Shown in pieces: positions 1 to 13,735 of a stretch of 64,000 nt of DNA. This DNA comes from Trichosphaerium sp. ATCC 40318 (lineage: Eukaryota > Protista > Tubulinea). Within the stretch, counting starts at the first letter, position 1. Every line of letters begins with the position of its first letter. The notes under the pieces are model-generated. The model saw only the letters and a list, made by a program, of their open reading frames with translations. It was not told the origin of the DNA and searched no databases. The stretch is taken from assembly GCA_038496445.1 (NCBI GenBank), contig JALMLS010000548.1:186001-250000 (forward strand), read 5' to 3'. Both the position numbers and the translations under genes were made by a program.

Positions 1-3000
1 ACAATATCATAAGGAATATTGGCTTCAGCCAATAGTACATTAAGTTGTCCAGGCATACGACCAGCAACTGGGTGAATAGCAAAACGTACAGTCTTGCCTA
101 CAGGTAGAAAAAAGTAAACCATATTGATCACATGAATAAAAAAATTAAGCATACCTTGGTCACGAAGCATCTTTGTTACCTCAGCAACAGCGTATTGTGC
201 CTTAGCTACAGCTAGACCATATCCAGGTACAATAATAATACTAAAAAATAGAAACGATTAGTCAAACAATCAGCGAAGAAGGTGTACGATGACACTATCA
301 AGTTGTCAAAGACGTACCTGTTAGCATCTGCAATAAGTTCAGCAGCTCCCTTAACATCTACTTCAGTATGAGTTCCGGTGATCTCCATCTGTTTGCCTAG
401 GTGATACGTCAGTCAAAAGTGTTGGTGTTAAAGCATTCAAGCGTACCCTTGGACAAAGCACCATAACCACCGAATAGTACATTAAGTATACTTCTGTTCA
501 TGGCGATGCACATAATGTATGATAGAATAGCTCCTGAACTACCGACTAAGGCACCAACAATAATCAAGAGATCATTTTGAAGCATGAATCCCTTGGCGTC
601 AATGTTAGAAGAAAATAGAAACAATCACGTGAGCAGCCTGAAAATAAAGGCCAAAACGATTCTGTTCTATAAGACGCTAGTAAAATATGGTACATACCTC
701 TGCGCAAAGAGCCCATCCAGAGTAACTGTTGAGCACAGTAATGACAACCTTGAAAAAGACGTAAAAAAAATGAACACAACAGACTTCTCAAATACATACC
801 GGCATATCAGCTCCACCAATAGCATTTGTAGTAGTGACACCAAGGATGAATGAAAGAGCAGTAGTACCAGCAAGATATGTTAAACCAACAGCGTAACTCC
901 TAAATAGGAACAAGATAAGTACCAAAACAAAAAAAAACAAGAAAAAAGCACGTGGGCGCTACGAAAAGATACTTGAACATAATTAGGGTCTTTAGGAACA
1001 TACCCTGTGGCCATGTATGCAACCAATAGGCCAACATTGGCTAGAGCCATTGTAGCATTACTGAAGTTATGCATTGGTATCTTAACTGGTTTTGAAGACA
1101 TCTTTCCATCAAGTTTTGCGTAAGCAATCAAAGAACCAGTAAATGTGACACCACCAATGAAAGATCCAAAGAATATTGCAGCCTAAAAGAAAAGCTTAGA
1201 CACCAGAATTTACCTTCTAAAAAACAATTTGTCACGCATTTCTTACCTTGTGTACAACTTCCAAGTCATGTCCAGCCATGAAATTGGCAAAAGAAATCAT
1301 AACAGCAGCAAGACCAACGAAACTATTGAAAAAAAGTTAAATTTCTGAGTGCTGGATCGAAATAAATTAATAATACCTATGGAATAAAGCAGTCAATTGT
1401 GGAAGCTCTGTGATTTGTACTTTCTGAGAAATGTACATACCAATCTAAAAGTACAAACAATAAGAAAAAAATATCAAGGCAAGTAAGTAGTTTTCTCTGG
1501 ATTGTTTTAAAATAAGTACGTACTCCTGCACCAGCAATTCCAGCGATAGCGATTTGAGTCAAAAGTGCAGCATTGATAGGCATAGTAATAAGTGCAGCGA
1601 ATATACCGATAGACACACCAACCATACCAAAGATATTACCTCTTCTCGATGTTGTCTAAAAAAAACAATAAACAATACATCGTTCAATCTTTGACTGCTT
1701 TTTGGTACCTGAGCAGAAAGACCTTTCAACGAACCGATACAGAAAGCAGATGCGATCAAGTATCCCATTTGTACGTATAGTCCTAATCCAGTAGCTGCGG
1801 CATAGACGAAAGCACCAATAAATCCAATACCAGGAATCTGAACACGTGTTAGTTTGACCAAGATACAAGCACACAAAACAAAGCTCAAAAGAACCTCAAA
1901 CGTCTTTCGAAAGAGGGAAATATTAGCCACTTACGATATACATTGGACTGTAATCTGGAGGATCCGTGTCACGTTTAAACATATCCAACATACGTCTTGT
2001 AATATTAAATCCACCAAAGACGTTAATTGTCGATATAAAAACAGCGCCCATTGCTAATAGCGAAGACGTAGTTGTAGGCAAAACAGACGCTGGCGAAAGC
2101 AACAGTAAACCACCTAAAGAAACAAAAGTTATTGCCTGCATGAAAAAAGAAGGGAAAGAAGCATGCAGAAAAAAATCAGAAAATAACTCTTAGTTCGTCA
2201 CATGGTGGATGCAGTATCACGTGGTGTACATACCTACTACTACAATACCAGAGATAGCGTTTGTGACAGACATAAGAGGAGAGTGAAGTGCCGGTGTTAC
2301 TTCCCAAACAACCTGATAACCAACTAGACAAGCAAGAAAGAAGGTTGTAAAGCTGAACATGAATGAAGGTGGAGTTGTCATTGCTAATGATATTATAGTA
2401 GCCAACACAAATGCAGTAGCCGAAGCTCCCTTTAGAGATGTCATAAAAGCACTTGGAGGCTCCTAGAAAAAGACTTAGAGTATGAAACAAAGTAAAGCAA
2501 CAGCTTACTTTGACTTCCTCTTTTTGTACTTCAGGTGGTGCTTCTTTCTTGACTGGTGTAGGTTCAATCCTCTTTGGTGGTGGATACATCATTTTTCCTT
2601 CCTCCAATACCAAAGAACCACGTGCTACCTAGAAGAAAATGTCAATAAAAGTGCAAAATCTCTGATTTAAACAAAATAACACGTACAATATCGTCATGGT
2701 CAATATGGTGTCTACCTTTAGGTCCAACAGCGAGAAGGAACTTCGTGATGTTATTGGAGTATAGAGTAGAAGATTGTGTTGGAAGACGAGAAGGTAAATC
2801 AGTATAACCGATGATTACGACGCCAGAAGGCGTTCTGTAAAGTTCGCCTTTAGTAGCGTTAATACAACATGTAGGATTAATCAATAATCTTTTTCTACTT
2901 ACCTGGTTTAGTGAGTGCACAATTTCCACCTGCTTCAGCAGCTAAATCTACAATAACAGAACCAGGTTTCATGGATTTAACCTGTAGAAAAAAACAGTAA

Positions 3001-5192
3001 GAACAAAGAAAAAAATAAGAACGGTGTTCCATTGCTTACCATTTCTTCGGTGATTAGGCGAGGTGCAGGTTTTCCTGGGATCTAAAGGAGTTAGACTTTG
3101 GAGTCTCATTGAAAAAGAAAGGGCTGCATGAATACGTACTAACGCTGTAGTAATAATAATATCAACTTCCTTGGCTTGTTTTGCAAACAATGCCATTTCA
3201 GCTTCAATGAACTCTTTTGACATTTCCTTGGCATATCCTAAACAATCACCGTTAATTAATTGACATACTGAAATTAATGGTGTTTTAAAAGCTAAAACAC
3301 TAATGACATACCTCCTTGACCTTCACCAGACTCCTCAATCTCAACTGTTAAGAATTCTGCTCCCATGGATTCTACTTGTTCTCTTGCAGCTTCACGAGTA
3401 TCGAATGAACGTACAATAGCACCCATGTTCTTGAAACCATGATTAGTGTTTATATAACAAAAAGAATTAATGTACCTTGGCTGTACCAGCAGCTGATAGA
3501 CCAGCAACACCAGCACCAATGATAAGTACCTTAAAACCATGTTAAGTCAACAGTCTTTTATCCAGGATTTGAAATCACGAACCTTAGCAGGCGGAATACG
3601 TCCTGCAGCTGTTATCTGACCAGTAAAGAACCTTCCAAAGTGGTTGGCTGCTTCAATTACTGCCTTGTAACCAGCAATGTTCGCCATCGAACTCAAAGCG
3701 TCATACGCTAAACACAACAATCAATTTGGACTCATGTAGAAATACGCAACCGTACTTTGAGCTATGGTTGTTCTAGGGATGCAATCCATGGCTAGTACAG
3801 TAGCTTGCTTTGCTGCAAGTTTTGCTACGATATCCTTTTGCTGAGCTGGCCATATGAAACTACAAATCACGTTAGAAAGAAATACCACGTGAGTGTTTTC
3901 GTCACATGCCTAACTAGTCGCGCTTTTTCTTTGAGTAAATCGACTTCATGACATCCAAGCGCTTTGTTTTCCTCAGGTGGCCTCACCTTACGCATTTATA
4001 AGCCTATTGGAATATGAACTCAGACGAAATGTTACCTTTAAAACAATATCAGCGTGAAATGCTTTTTTCGCGTCAACAATCTCAGCACCGGCAGCCTTAT
4101 AGTCCTCATCGTAGAATTCAGCCTTTGCACCTAACGATAGATGAGAGGGAAGCGATTTAAGACAATTTACCAGCTCCAGCCTCTACAAAGAGTTTAAAAC
4201 CCTCTTTAATAAGCTTCTTAACGTTCTCAGGGTGAAGAGATACACGTTGTTCCCTGTCATGTATTTCCCGCGGTACGCCAATCGTTAAATCAGAATAAGG
4301 GATGCCTACAACGTCATTAGAACAAATAATCGACTTTTAACAACTCACCCAACTCTTCCACAATATCTTTTTGTGCGTCAGTAGCGTATCCACGAGGGAA
4401 GATTGTGGTCCAATTGTCTAGCGAGAATAGTAAGCACAAAGCTAAAAATGACGTTTTTTTAAACCGCCCAAACAACAAATTCTTTCACGTTTTTTTTTGT
4501 TCATGTCGTTTAACACTTCGTACAGCTATTATTGCCGGAATAACGCATTAACCCTTTAACACCTGTAGTAGCATTTTTCCCATAATGCATTACAGTGAGT
4601 GGCCGTAACCAGTTTTTAAGCTTTCCCTACAAACAATCAAAAAAAAATCAAAAAAAACAAAGGAGAAAAAATATCTTACGCTCTTAGCTATATTGATATG
4701 TTGTCCATTATCGGCATTAGTACGTGTAACACCAGCTCTCTTTGGTGCTTTTGCTTGATCTATACAATAAACAAGTGAGAAAAAGTGTCAGGAAGCTAGA
4801 AAATCGAACAAAACTGGTTTTTGTAGCTGTGATAGAAAAAAAGTTTTATAAAGTGTCAAGTAGGCCTAACGCCGTTTAAAAAACCGTTATTTTATCCGCC
4901 CTTTGACGTACATTTCTTTCTTGCGAAGTTGTTGGTTCTGTTAAACCCTCCTGTGGCTCCCAAGCGCTGACCTATTTAAAACAATGGTAAACAAGATAGA
5001 TTTGAAGTGTTTTGTATGATTGAAAAGCTTTTTACAGCGAGCCGTTGAAGATCTAACCGACAACGTGATAACGCTTCAAAAAGGGCGTAGGTATATGTCA
5101 GAGGCACCGCCAATACATTGCGGGTAAAGCTAAACCTATATCTATCCGTTTAACGTACCGGCAGCTCCAAACTTGCTTGGTACTTGACCCAT
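1..5192 (-). CDS. NNT: Mitochondrial NAD(P) transhydrogenase, alpha-beta fusion, multi-exon, 3' end off window
   Basis: Spliced motifs [90 protein letters not shown]. Long basic N-terminal leader ending PRGYAT; start at 5192 inferred by splicing. Confidence 0.97.
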
Positions 5193-5299
5193 ACTATCAC
5201 AACGCGGTTAAAATAAGATGTAACTGTAAGGTGCTGCGAACGTGACTTGTTGTGTCGATTATTGACGAAAAAAACGGACAATTCTTTTAGTTTAGAAAA

Positions 5300-6475
5300 T
5301 GTAAACAAAAAAACAGTTGAATCGTCATTGCAAGCTAAAGTACACAGGTAAAGATACTCAGGTTTGTTCCCACAAGTTAGTAGTAGTTCGTGGCCTTGAT
5401 TGTAGAAACTGGCCCGCTAGTGAAGGATTTGACGTGAAATAACGCCAGATTTTCGAGACCGTTTATGAACATAGGCAGCCTTTTGCAACTCTGCGAGCTC
5501 CACTATTAGTGTATCCTTACGGAGTACTTTACGTGAGCATAAGTACAGAAAGCCACATGCGTGCTACAAGTTGGAGTGGCTGTTAAAAAGTAGGCTTAGC
5601 GTTAAAATAAACAAGCGCTATTTCAGGTCAAATCCGAAGTTCTGCTATTTTCGAATTGAAAAGAAAACAGAATAAAACAACTTTAATGAATGCCACCAAT
5701 GCCGATCTCTTATCAATCAGTCAATCGTGTTGTTAGCGGTAAAGTCCGTAAGATATAAACGAGACCCAAGTTAGGTACGTGCTTTTTATTTGACTTCTAC
5801 TTTGTTACGACACGAAGGTTTGCACTATGTATTGAGAAACTAGAAGAAATCAGCGTCGCTGTGCACTTATTCAAAACAGCTCGTTTAGCGTAGTCACACG
5901 TGAGGCTAAAACAAGATCCAGAAAAGTTTAAGGTTCACCACACTCCAGAGTGAGTGTGTTAATACGTTTTGTATAGCGTAGTGGTTCGTACGCGACAGCA
6001 ATGCGGCCCAAAAATAGAGACTGAGAAAATAATCACGTGATTGGCTAAGGATCGTTTTTGTTTTTCAGATTAAGACCAGTTTGCACAACTAACAACACCT
6101 CAGATGGAACAAACAGTAGTAATACGATTAAGCATAAGTACAATCTCCTTCAATTGACATCTTCTAACCACTTTGACAGCACAGACGCCTAAGGTCTGTA
6201 CAATACACTCTACACCCTCCATAGAGCCATACAGTACAGGACTTGCCTCATTGTTAATAGAAAAATCAAGCAGGCTGTCCGACAAAGATAAGGAGACGAT
6301 AAAATGGGTTTCTATACCAGATGGAATGATGCTGAGAGGTATTAAATTCCCGATGCGGTCTTTGGTATTACCAGCGCTGATAATACAATATTTCCTATCT
6401 CAAGGGTTTACCCTCGTCAGTGAAGTACTCGCTGGTCCAACTGTCATGACATTCGCAAAAATACATTGTCAATAA
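5300..6475 (+). CDS. Hypothetical multi-exon protein; last exon weakly resembles the GFRP/KCTD C-terminal fold
   Basis: ORF 6173-6475 follows an acceptor site (ctttgacag). C-terminus PALIIQYFLSQGFTLVSEVLAGPTVMTFAK. Upstream exons not resolved. Confidence 0.35.
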
Positions 6476-6838
6476 AACGAGTTTACCCTTCTGATATAAA
6501 AAAGTGTAAACTGTCAGTCTAGTGGTAGTGGTGAGATAAAACGTGAGTCTCTCTGGTTTTGTTGAACAATACAATCGACCGTTAAACAGAACTTTGAAAA
6601 ATGTGCAAGTTTCCAGCTATTTAGCAAGGGTAACAAAAAAAGTGTCAAATAATTTGCTCAAACAAGCATACTACAACTTACTCCTAGCACTGTACCTTTC
6701 CTTAAACTACCAAACCAACGCCTATATTTACTTACTGACACCAAGCCGATATTGACTAATCATGTACATTGATTCCTTTATTAAAACAAAAGAAAACAAA
6801 AGCTTCTGGAAATGTTTTGTAAAACAAGATTTTTTTTT

Positions 6839-9714
6839 TCAAACATTTAGTTCTGTGTCTAGTGTTGCATTTGCTGGTGGACTACCACCCCATTCTGAAT
6901 CATCTTGTTGAACCAATGAAACTACAAAGCGCCCACGTGGGTTCTTTTTAACTAGCTCTACAACTTCTTCATCATCTTCTAGTTCTTTACCTTTATATAC
7001 AACAGAATCAATAGCACTTGCCTAAAAAGCTCTCGGTTATGTTTGACTTTTTTGTTTTTGTTTCAAGGACATGACGTCCCGTACCTGGTTAAGGCCACAT
7101 ACTTCTTGTGCCTTTATGTGAGCTTTTAAATCACTGACATCAATGCCAGTGAATGATAATGATACTGCTTCAGTACCAGGAATCTTAATAGAAACAACTA
7201 AAAGACAGAAAAATAAGTAACGAAACTACGGCTTTTTTTGAAACTAAAAAAAAGTGAAAACAAAAACAACTTACCAATGGCGTCACCGCCTCCATTGGAG
7301 CTATCATCTCCCGCAGATGATATACCATTGTTAAGCTGAACATGTGATTTGCTTGGATTATCAGCCTCAATAGTTGCAGCAGCTGCAGGGACACTGCCAT
7401 AGACAGTATTTCCGTTATTTGTATCAGCATCAATCTTTACGCTTTTCTCTGATTCTTCAAGAGCAGCGTCCTTATCAGGCGGCATGCCTTTGTAGTCAGT
7501 TACATCACCTTCATCTTCTTTTGTTTTTATTCTATCCCTTTCAGATAGTAGAATAGGTTCTTCTTCTGATACATTAGAGGCTCCATTTGTCAACGTATCA
7601 GATAAAAGGAATGTTGTAAGTATCGATACAATAATATTTATAAAAAAGGCAAAAAAGAAGATTGTCCAAGCTCCTACAAGTCATAAAATTAGCCAATATT
7701 TCACATACACCAATTTAAAAACAAATATGTTCATTGCAGTTTGTTTGCTTTTAGGAAGAAGCAATGAAAGAAGTGATATTTATGAAAACAAAGTTGAAGT
7801 TTAATAAAAAACGAACCGACTGGAGAAGCAGACAATGGCGTCAGAAAGAACCCTACTAGTCCAATAGCAGCCAAAGAGAACAGAGACACTGCAAGCGTTA
7901 GCCTACTTGTTTTTACAAACTGAACACGTGCTGCAGAGCGACGTGTGATGGCGTGTTTGTATGTTAAATTAGGTGATAAATAAGTTATCACTATAAGAAG
8001 CGAGAATACAAGTTTTACGATTAGAAATACAAGTAATGATATGTAAAACACGAAAGATGAACGAGGATCAGTTATACCTAATAGATTAAGTGTAAGAAAT
8101 CTAACTTATGGTGTATAAAAAGTTCAGATTTGATTCTTTGAAAATAAAAGCCACAGTACACTTGTCACACGTGTTGGGTTCTTTTTGCGATGCGCTGTGG
8201 TATTAATGGTTTGGGAATTTGGACTTACCGTCATTGATATTTAGAGCCCTTAGTACACCGAATATAAGTTCGAAGATAAATACACCAACAATACCACCAA
8301 CCCAAACACGTGAGTGGTTTGTTACTAGTGTATGAATCTTTCCAGCTATTCCTGAAGGAGTTGAAATGATTTGTTGCCTAAAATAGTGAGTATTGTGTCA
8401 ACATAAGAAAGATGACTTTGTAAACTATCATCAAGCATAATTCAGAAAAACAACAACGTACAGGTAAGTGAAAACAAGCATCAAAGAAGCATTTGTGAGC
8501 GGGTTCAATAACAGGAAAATAAATTGATGATGAAAGTCAACACCATTAAAGTATGGCATTGTTAGTACATTACGAATACGTGGTCTAGGTGCAATAACAA
8601 AATACAATGCACGAACTAATATACAAAGTCAGATTTGACAAAAATACAAAAAAAAAGTAAAAAAACAGCTATCGAGTTCAAGTGATTGATGAGTAAATAG
8701 AATGGATCTCTTCGATACAAATAAACACCACGATTTTTCTATACTCAAATCAGAGTAAAAGACTTGCAAATAGACTAATTTTTCTGACGTCACAAGGCGA
8801 AAAACATTAAACGAAAAAAGTGTCAAAAAAAAAAAAAGAAGAAATGAACGTACCAATATTAGTTATAAGTTCTAGTGTGAGTATAAAGTACCCTAAAGGC
8901 ACACTACATCCAAACCGTGTAAAAAATAATAGTAGCTTATAGAAAGCAATAGCTACACCAACAGCAGCACCTAAACCAAGTATACTCTGCCATACATAAA
9001 CCGCAGGTGAATTCTCACTTTTTATCCATCCGTTTTCGCTGTCTACAAAAACTCAAATGTCAATAAACAACATCACCTCTTTTGTCGAACCTGTGTTGTC
9101 GATGTCCACACTGACATTCGCATTTTGGTTTAAAATCTGCCTCAGAGCACTTGCATCACCCTCTGAAATGCCAAGGATAGGGAAAATAAAGTTATCGCCG
9201 TCTGGGAGGGTATATTGCGTCCGGCCAGGCGTGCCTGTAGTTATTGTACTTAGCAACATACAAAACAGTACGTGGCTTGGTTAATATGACGTACCATCAT
9301 CCTCCCAGAATATAGCTGCGAATGGAGGACCACGAGTTTGTAAAATAGTTAACTGATTTTCAATTGGTCGTGCAACCTCTAGTAATACGATTGTTCGGCG
9401 CAATTCAGTTGCAGTGACTGTAGCAAGATCACTTGCACTTATAAACAATAGTTCTCTTGTTCCAGCGCCTTCAAAACTTGTTGCAGCGCGTGCAATATCC
9501 AATGGAACTACAACCAAGGGCTCTAGATTAAATTGAATTTAGTTTGCAAAGGTTAGCACATAATACACCTACACCACGCACCTATAACACCCTCGGGGTT
9601 TGTCACTGTAAGTAAAGCGTTTGATACGCAAACAAATAAAAAAAGTAATAAAGCTGCCAACCGTTAGTACTTGAAACGTACAGTAAGGTGGTACCACATA
9701 CGCAGGGAAGGCAT
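6839..9714 (-). CDS. Signal peptide + PA-like ectodomain + about 7 TM helices + acidic tail + C-terminal ubiquitin-like segment
   Basis: Spliced MPSLPLLLFLFVCVSNA signal; PA-like FPILGISEGDASALRQIL; seven hydrophobic segments; tail VSDLKAHIKAQ...VVYKGKELEDDEEV. Confidence 0.65.
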
Positions 9715-10026
9715 TTTATCACTTTTTACCATAATTTAGCCTTTATAAATAAATAATGCAACACCACCGACACAACGCACAGTTGTATTGGTTACGCGCG
9801 CTCGAAAATAACAGTGAACGCAGTTTTATACCTGCCTTAACCACAGTACAAAAACAAAAAATTGAAAGTTAACACAACGAGTAAAGTGATGGTAAAATCA
9901 AGCTCTTAGAGTACACTACAGATTCTCGTACAAAATTGAATAGCAAGTAGCCGAGCGTCAACACTAAATAATTCGTAACGCTCATGTTGGGGTCTTTTTT
10001 TTATAATGCTAGAGAGCAGTTAAACT

Positions 10027-11576
10027 CTACCACTGTGGGTTCTTTCCTTGTTCTTCCAATTGCTTGTAGAGCTTGGCAACTTGGGCAACCTTCTTTGTAA
10101 ATGCTTGTTGTAATTCTACCCATTTAGCGGTAACATCAGTGTCGCTCAATTGCTTTTGGTTATCGCGCATCTATAATACAATTAACGCTTCATTTTTTGA
10201 ATGTAACTTGGGCAGCATACCATAGTGTCAAGTTCTTTGACCTCTTTTTTGTATTGTGCTTGTACCAAATCCTCAGATTGTGTCCTCTAAGTCAAAGTGA
10301 GTAATTCAAATAAGGAACAATATTTTTTGAATAAATTTCAGTTTAAAGCAAAGACAATTTGCTACATTTCGTACAGCCTTAAGGAGCTCCATCCAGTGCT
10401 TACGAGAAGCAGCGTTCTGTGTGTAATCAGTTACGCCATGAGGAAGACGAAGTTTATATCCTCTAAGACCTTCTTCGTACTATCCAACCGTTAATAAAAA
10501 AATAATAAAAACAACGCTAAAAAAAAGGCCTTAATTATACCTCAACAGTAAGTTGGAGCTTGTCGTCAGTAATCTTGAGTTGCTGAGCGACAGTCTTTCT
10601 GTAAAAATTCAAAATGCCAGCTTCGATTGGTTGAGGGACAACCAATTGTACGTCAACAATACCACTGTAAACCTACGTTACACGTTAAAAATAAATAAAA
10701 ATAACACGAGCGAAGCTGTTACAGCGATAGCTTTTCAAAAAAAAACGCACTTGGAATGCTTGAAGCAAAGCCTCAGCTACTTTGACCATAACTGCCATAT
10801 TAGTGGCTTTGATAAGTGGTTCTTGGAGGAGTTAGTGAAATCCATGCAGAAATGTATAATGTTTTTTTTTGAAGGCGCACCAATAAAGTATTTGACAGTT
10901 TCAGGCTTTAGGGTCTTGAAAATGTCTTGTCTCTTTTGAAGCTCTTCAAATTTGACTTGATCCTAACGCGGGTGTAAGAAAAGAAGTTTAGTGTAGGCGC
11001 GAAATAAGGCCACTAGCGTTGTAAAGCGAGGTAATGTGAGCTAATTGGTCGTTTTCTTTCATATTAACACTACTTCGTACCGAAGCGACCGTACAAAGGA
11101 CTACGGTGTCGAAATCTTCGTTTTTCTTGTTGTGGGCAACGATCCGTTTCAAGTCGCTTCCTACAGTAGCAAGGGAGGCTTTGGCGTTTACCATGCCATT
11201 AAAAATACTCTTGGCCAATCTACCATCCTCTCCAGTGATTGTCATTTCCACCTGTGCGAGTTTAGCAGATGTTGAAACAAAATAAAACAAAACTCACTTC
11301 AGAATCTTTGCTCTTTGCGACTGTCTTGTTTTTGGTCCACCACTCGTCCAATTGGCGAGATAATTTTTCTGAAGGAAACAATTGCTCCATGTTGGCGGAA
11401 ATAAATTCCATAGCGTCGTCACTGCCAGCAGCAATTTTCTCTGAGGCTATCCTTTCCAAGGCTGGGTTTGCATAATAGCGAACTTGAACACGTCTTTCAG
11501 CTCTACGGCCTTTTTGGGTTGCTTTTTTTGCAGCAACCGAAGCTCTGGCACGACAAGCGGTGCGTACGAGGTGCAT
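10027..11576 (-). CDS. ATP5O: Divergent ATP synthase OSCP (delta) subunit with N- and C-terminal extensions
   Basis: Presequence MHLVRTACRARASVAAKK. ITGEDGRLAKSIF...LATVGSDLKRI resembles GIEGRYATALY...LEQVEKELLRV; VDVQLVVPQPI and LQLTVEYEEGLRGYKLRLPHGVTDYT resemble the OSCP C-domain. Confidence 0.65.
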
Positions 11577-11868
11577 TTTTTTTTGAACTTGTGCCTTAGA
11601 ACAAATATCGCGTAAGGCAACCCAACCACAATACACGCTTTGCTAAAGGTTGCTTACAGCATCACCTGTCGTAAAAGACGGTTGAAAAACCTTGTTTGCG
11701 CTCACAAAAAAAAATTATCAAATCTGTTTGTTACAAACGTTGTAACGTATTGAGAATATGGACGTTAAAGCGTTATCGCGCAATTACTGCACACTTTTAT
11801 TTTGGTCGTCTTTTGTACTTGCTTAGTTACTCTCTGTCACTTTTCATATTATCTCTCGTACTCGCATT

Positions 11869-13565
11869 ATGGCAGCCACGCAAGAGATTAAGGTTACCGG
11901 CGCAACAGGTGCCACCAAGAGACCCCGCCGTTGGCATAGTTTTGGCCCTAATAATGCCATCAGACCAGTTAAACCTTTATTTGTAAAGAGGAGATCGTCT
12001 GAGAAGATAAGCACGGATGGCGAGACAGAGGTCACGTTGCGGGTGTCACAATTAAACACCTCCACACCAGCCCCAAAGGTGTCAGTAAAGCAAGACCATA
12101 TAATGGTACTACCTACTGTGGGTGAAAATGAAGCGGTACGTAGTTAAAACGAAGAGGATACTTGAATTACTGCGCGACAAGCAAAGTATCACCACCCTCA
12201 AAGGGTTATAAATAACATACAGAACAAATAACCTAATTTTGTTTTTATCTTAAATTCTAATTTCTTGATTATTAGGATGGCTCTTCGGATCAGTCTACAT
12301 CCGCAGCTACAGAACAGGTACTAAAAAATATCACGTTTTTTTTTTTTTGCTTTTTCGACCTCTTCAGAAAAAATTCGTTCTCTTGTTGTTTTTGTGTTGC
12401 TGATCCCTTCTTAAAAGGTGTCATCACCACCGAGAAAACGTGTTTCATTGGTAGCTTCTACTCCAAGGTACAATTCTTTTGTAGAAAAACTTCGAGTTCA
12501 TTGAGAGCATTTTTTTTGTTGGGCCATTTATTGCTTTTTTCTTATCGAGGTAATTTTTTTTTAGACCTTCCAACCCTTCACCAGTAACTCGTAACGCGTC
12601 AAATCCTTCAGTAGTACCTAAACCGACGGTAATGTGCTTCTTTATTTATTCAAACACTTTGTGTTTCCCTCCATGACGCCACATTTTTCCTTATGATTCA
12701 TTATAGGGCCCTGTTGTATCTGTATCTGTTGAACCTCCACGGAATGCAGGTAATGGTTTTTTTTTCATTAAAATTTGAGGTCTGGAACCAAAAATTATTG
12801 ACCTTCTTTGTCTTTTTTCGAGCGCTCTTTACATCACATTGATATTTATTTAATTAAATAGCGCCTAAAAAAACGTTGCCAAAGAACTTGCGCGTGAAGC
12901 GTAGAGCAAACTCGCTATCCAGACCACCAACAAGAACGGCAAGGAGAACTTATAGAGGTTAGTAGGCTTACTACCAGTTTTGCAGTAGTTGTTCTCTAAC
13001 CATTGTTTCTTTTTCAGGGCTTGGTGTTGATGAATTAAATACAGCTAAATTAGCGTTCCAAAAGTACGACGAGGATAGAGACGGTAAAATTAACAGGTAA
13101 GGTCACTTTAACGTTTTTTTTTGAAAGTTTCAAAAAAGGCGAATTATTTTGAGACACCACGTGATAACGCACGTGAAATATGTTTTTTTGTTTTGCATAA
13201 AAAAAGGTGGTTGTATCAAAGCATATATAATATCGCTTGCCTAGAAGCAAGAAAAAGAAAAGTAAAGAACATCAAGCTTGTAGTTTCTGTACGTTTTTTT
13301 TATCTAATCGAGATTTTCGCTACAGGGAGTCATTTTACCTTTGGGTACATGATGTTATGGTAAGTCGTAATAAGCGGCTCGGAAAAAGACTACTGAAGAG
13401 GCTCGCAGATATGCACTGGAGTGTACGATTTCGCATTTATTTTTTTCACAAAGATATGTCTGACAATTTTTCCTTTAGAAACTACACGGTGGTAGAAAGA
13501 CAGAAGAGATTACATTTGATGAATTCTTGCGTGTATACTCATACTTAATTTTGGACTTTGTGTAA
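11869..13565 (+). CDS. Low-complexity N-terminus with C-terminal EF-hand pair
   Basis: Spliced ELNTAKLAFQKYDEDRDGKIN (canonical EF loop) and EEITFDEFLRVY. Confidence 0.75.
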
Positions 13566-13735
13566 ACTCGAGTATGACCAAAATCAGCGTAGTTTATTAG
13601 AATGTAAGCAAAAGAAAAAAAAATGTTTCTCAAAAAAAATGACCTGTAACGTTTACGGATAAACTCGTGTTGACTTTGTAAGTTTACAATCCCATACTCT
13701 ACAACGTAATAAAACGAAAGTAACGCTTTGCGGTT

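Noticed and set aside
5511-5518. GTATCCTT as a second U12 donor
   Set aside because: No CCTTRAC branch site was seen downstream and it reads as likely coding sequence (LVYPYG).
10553-10939. 128-aa plus-strand ORF and similar listed ORFs (e.g. 24218-24706, 41703-42071)
   Set aside because: Antisense shadows or intron read-through of better-supported genes.
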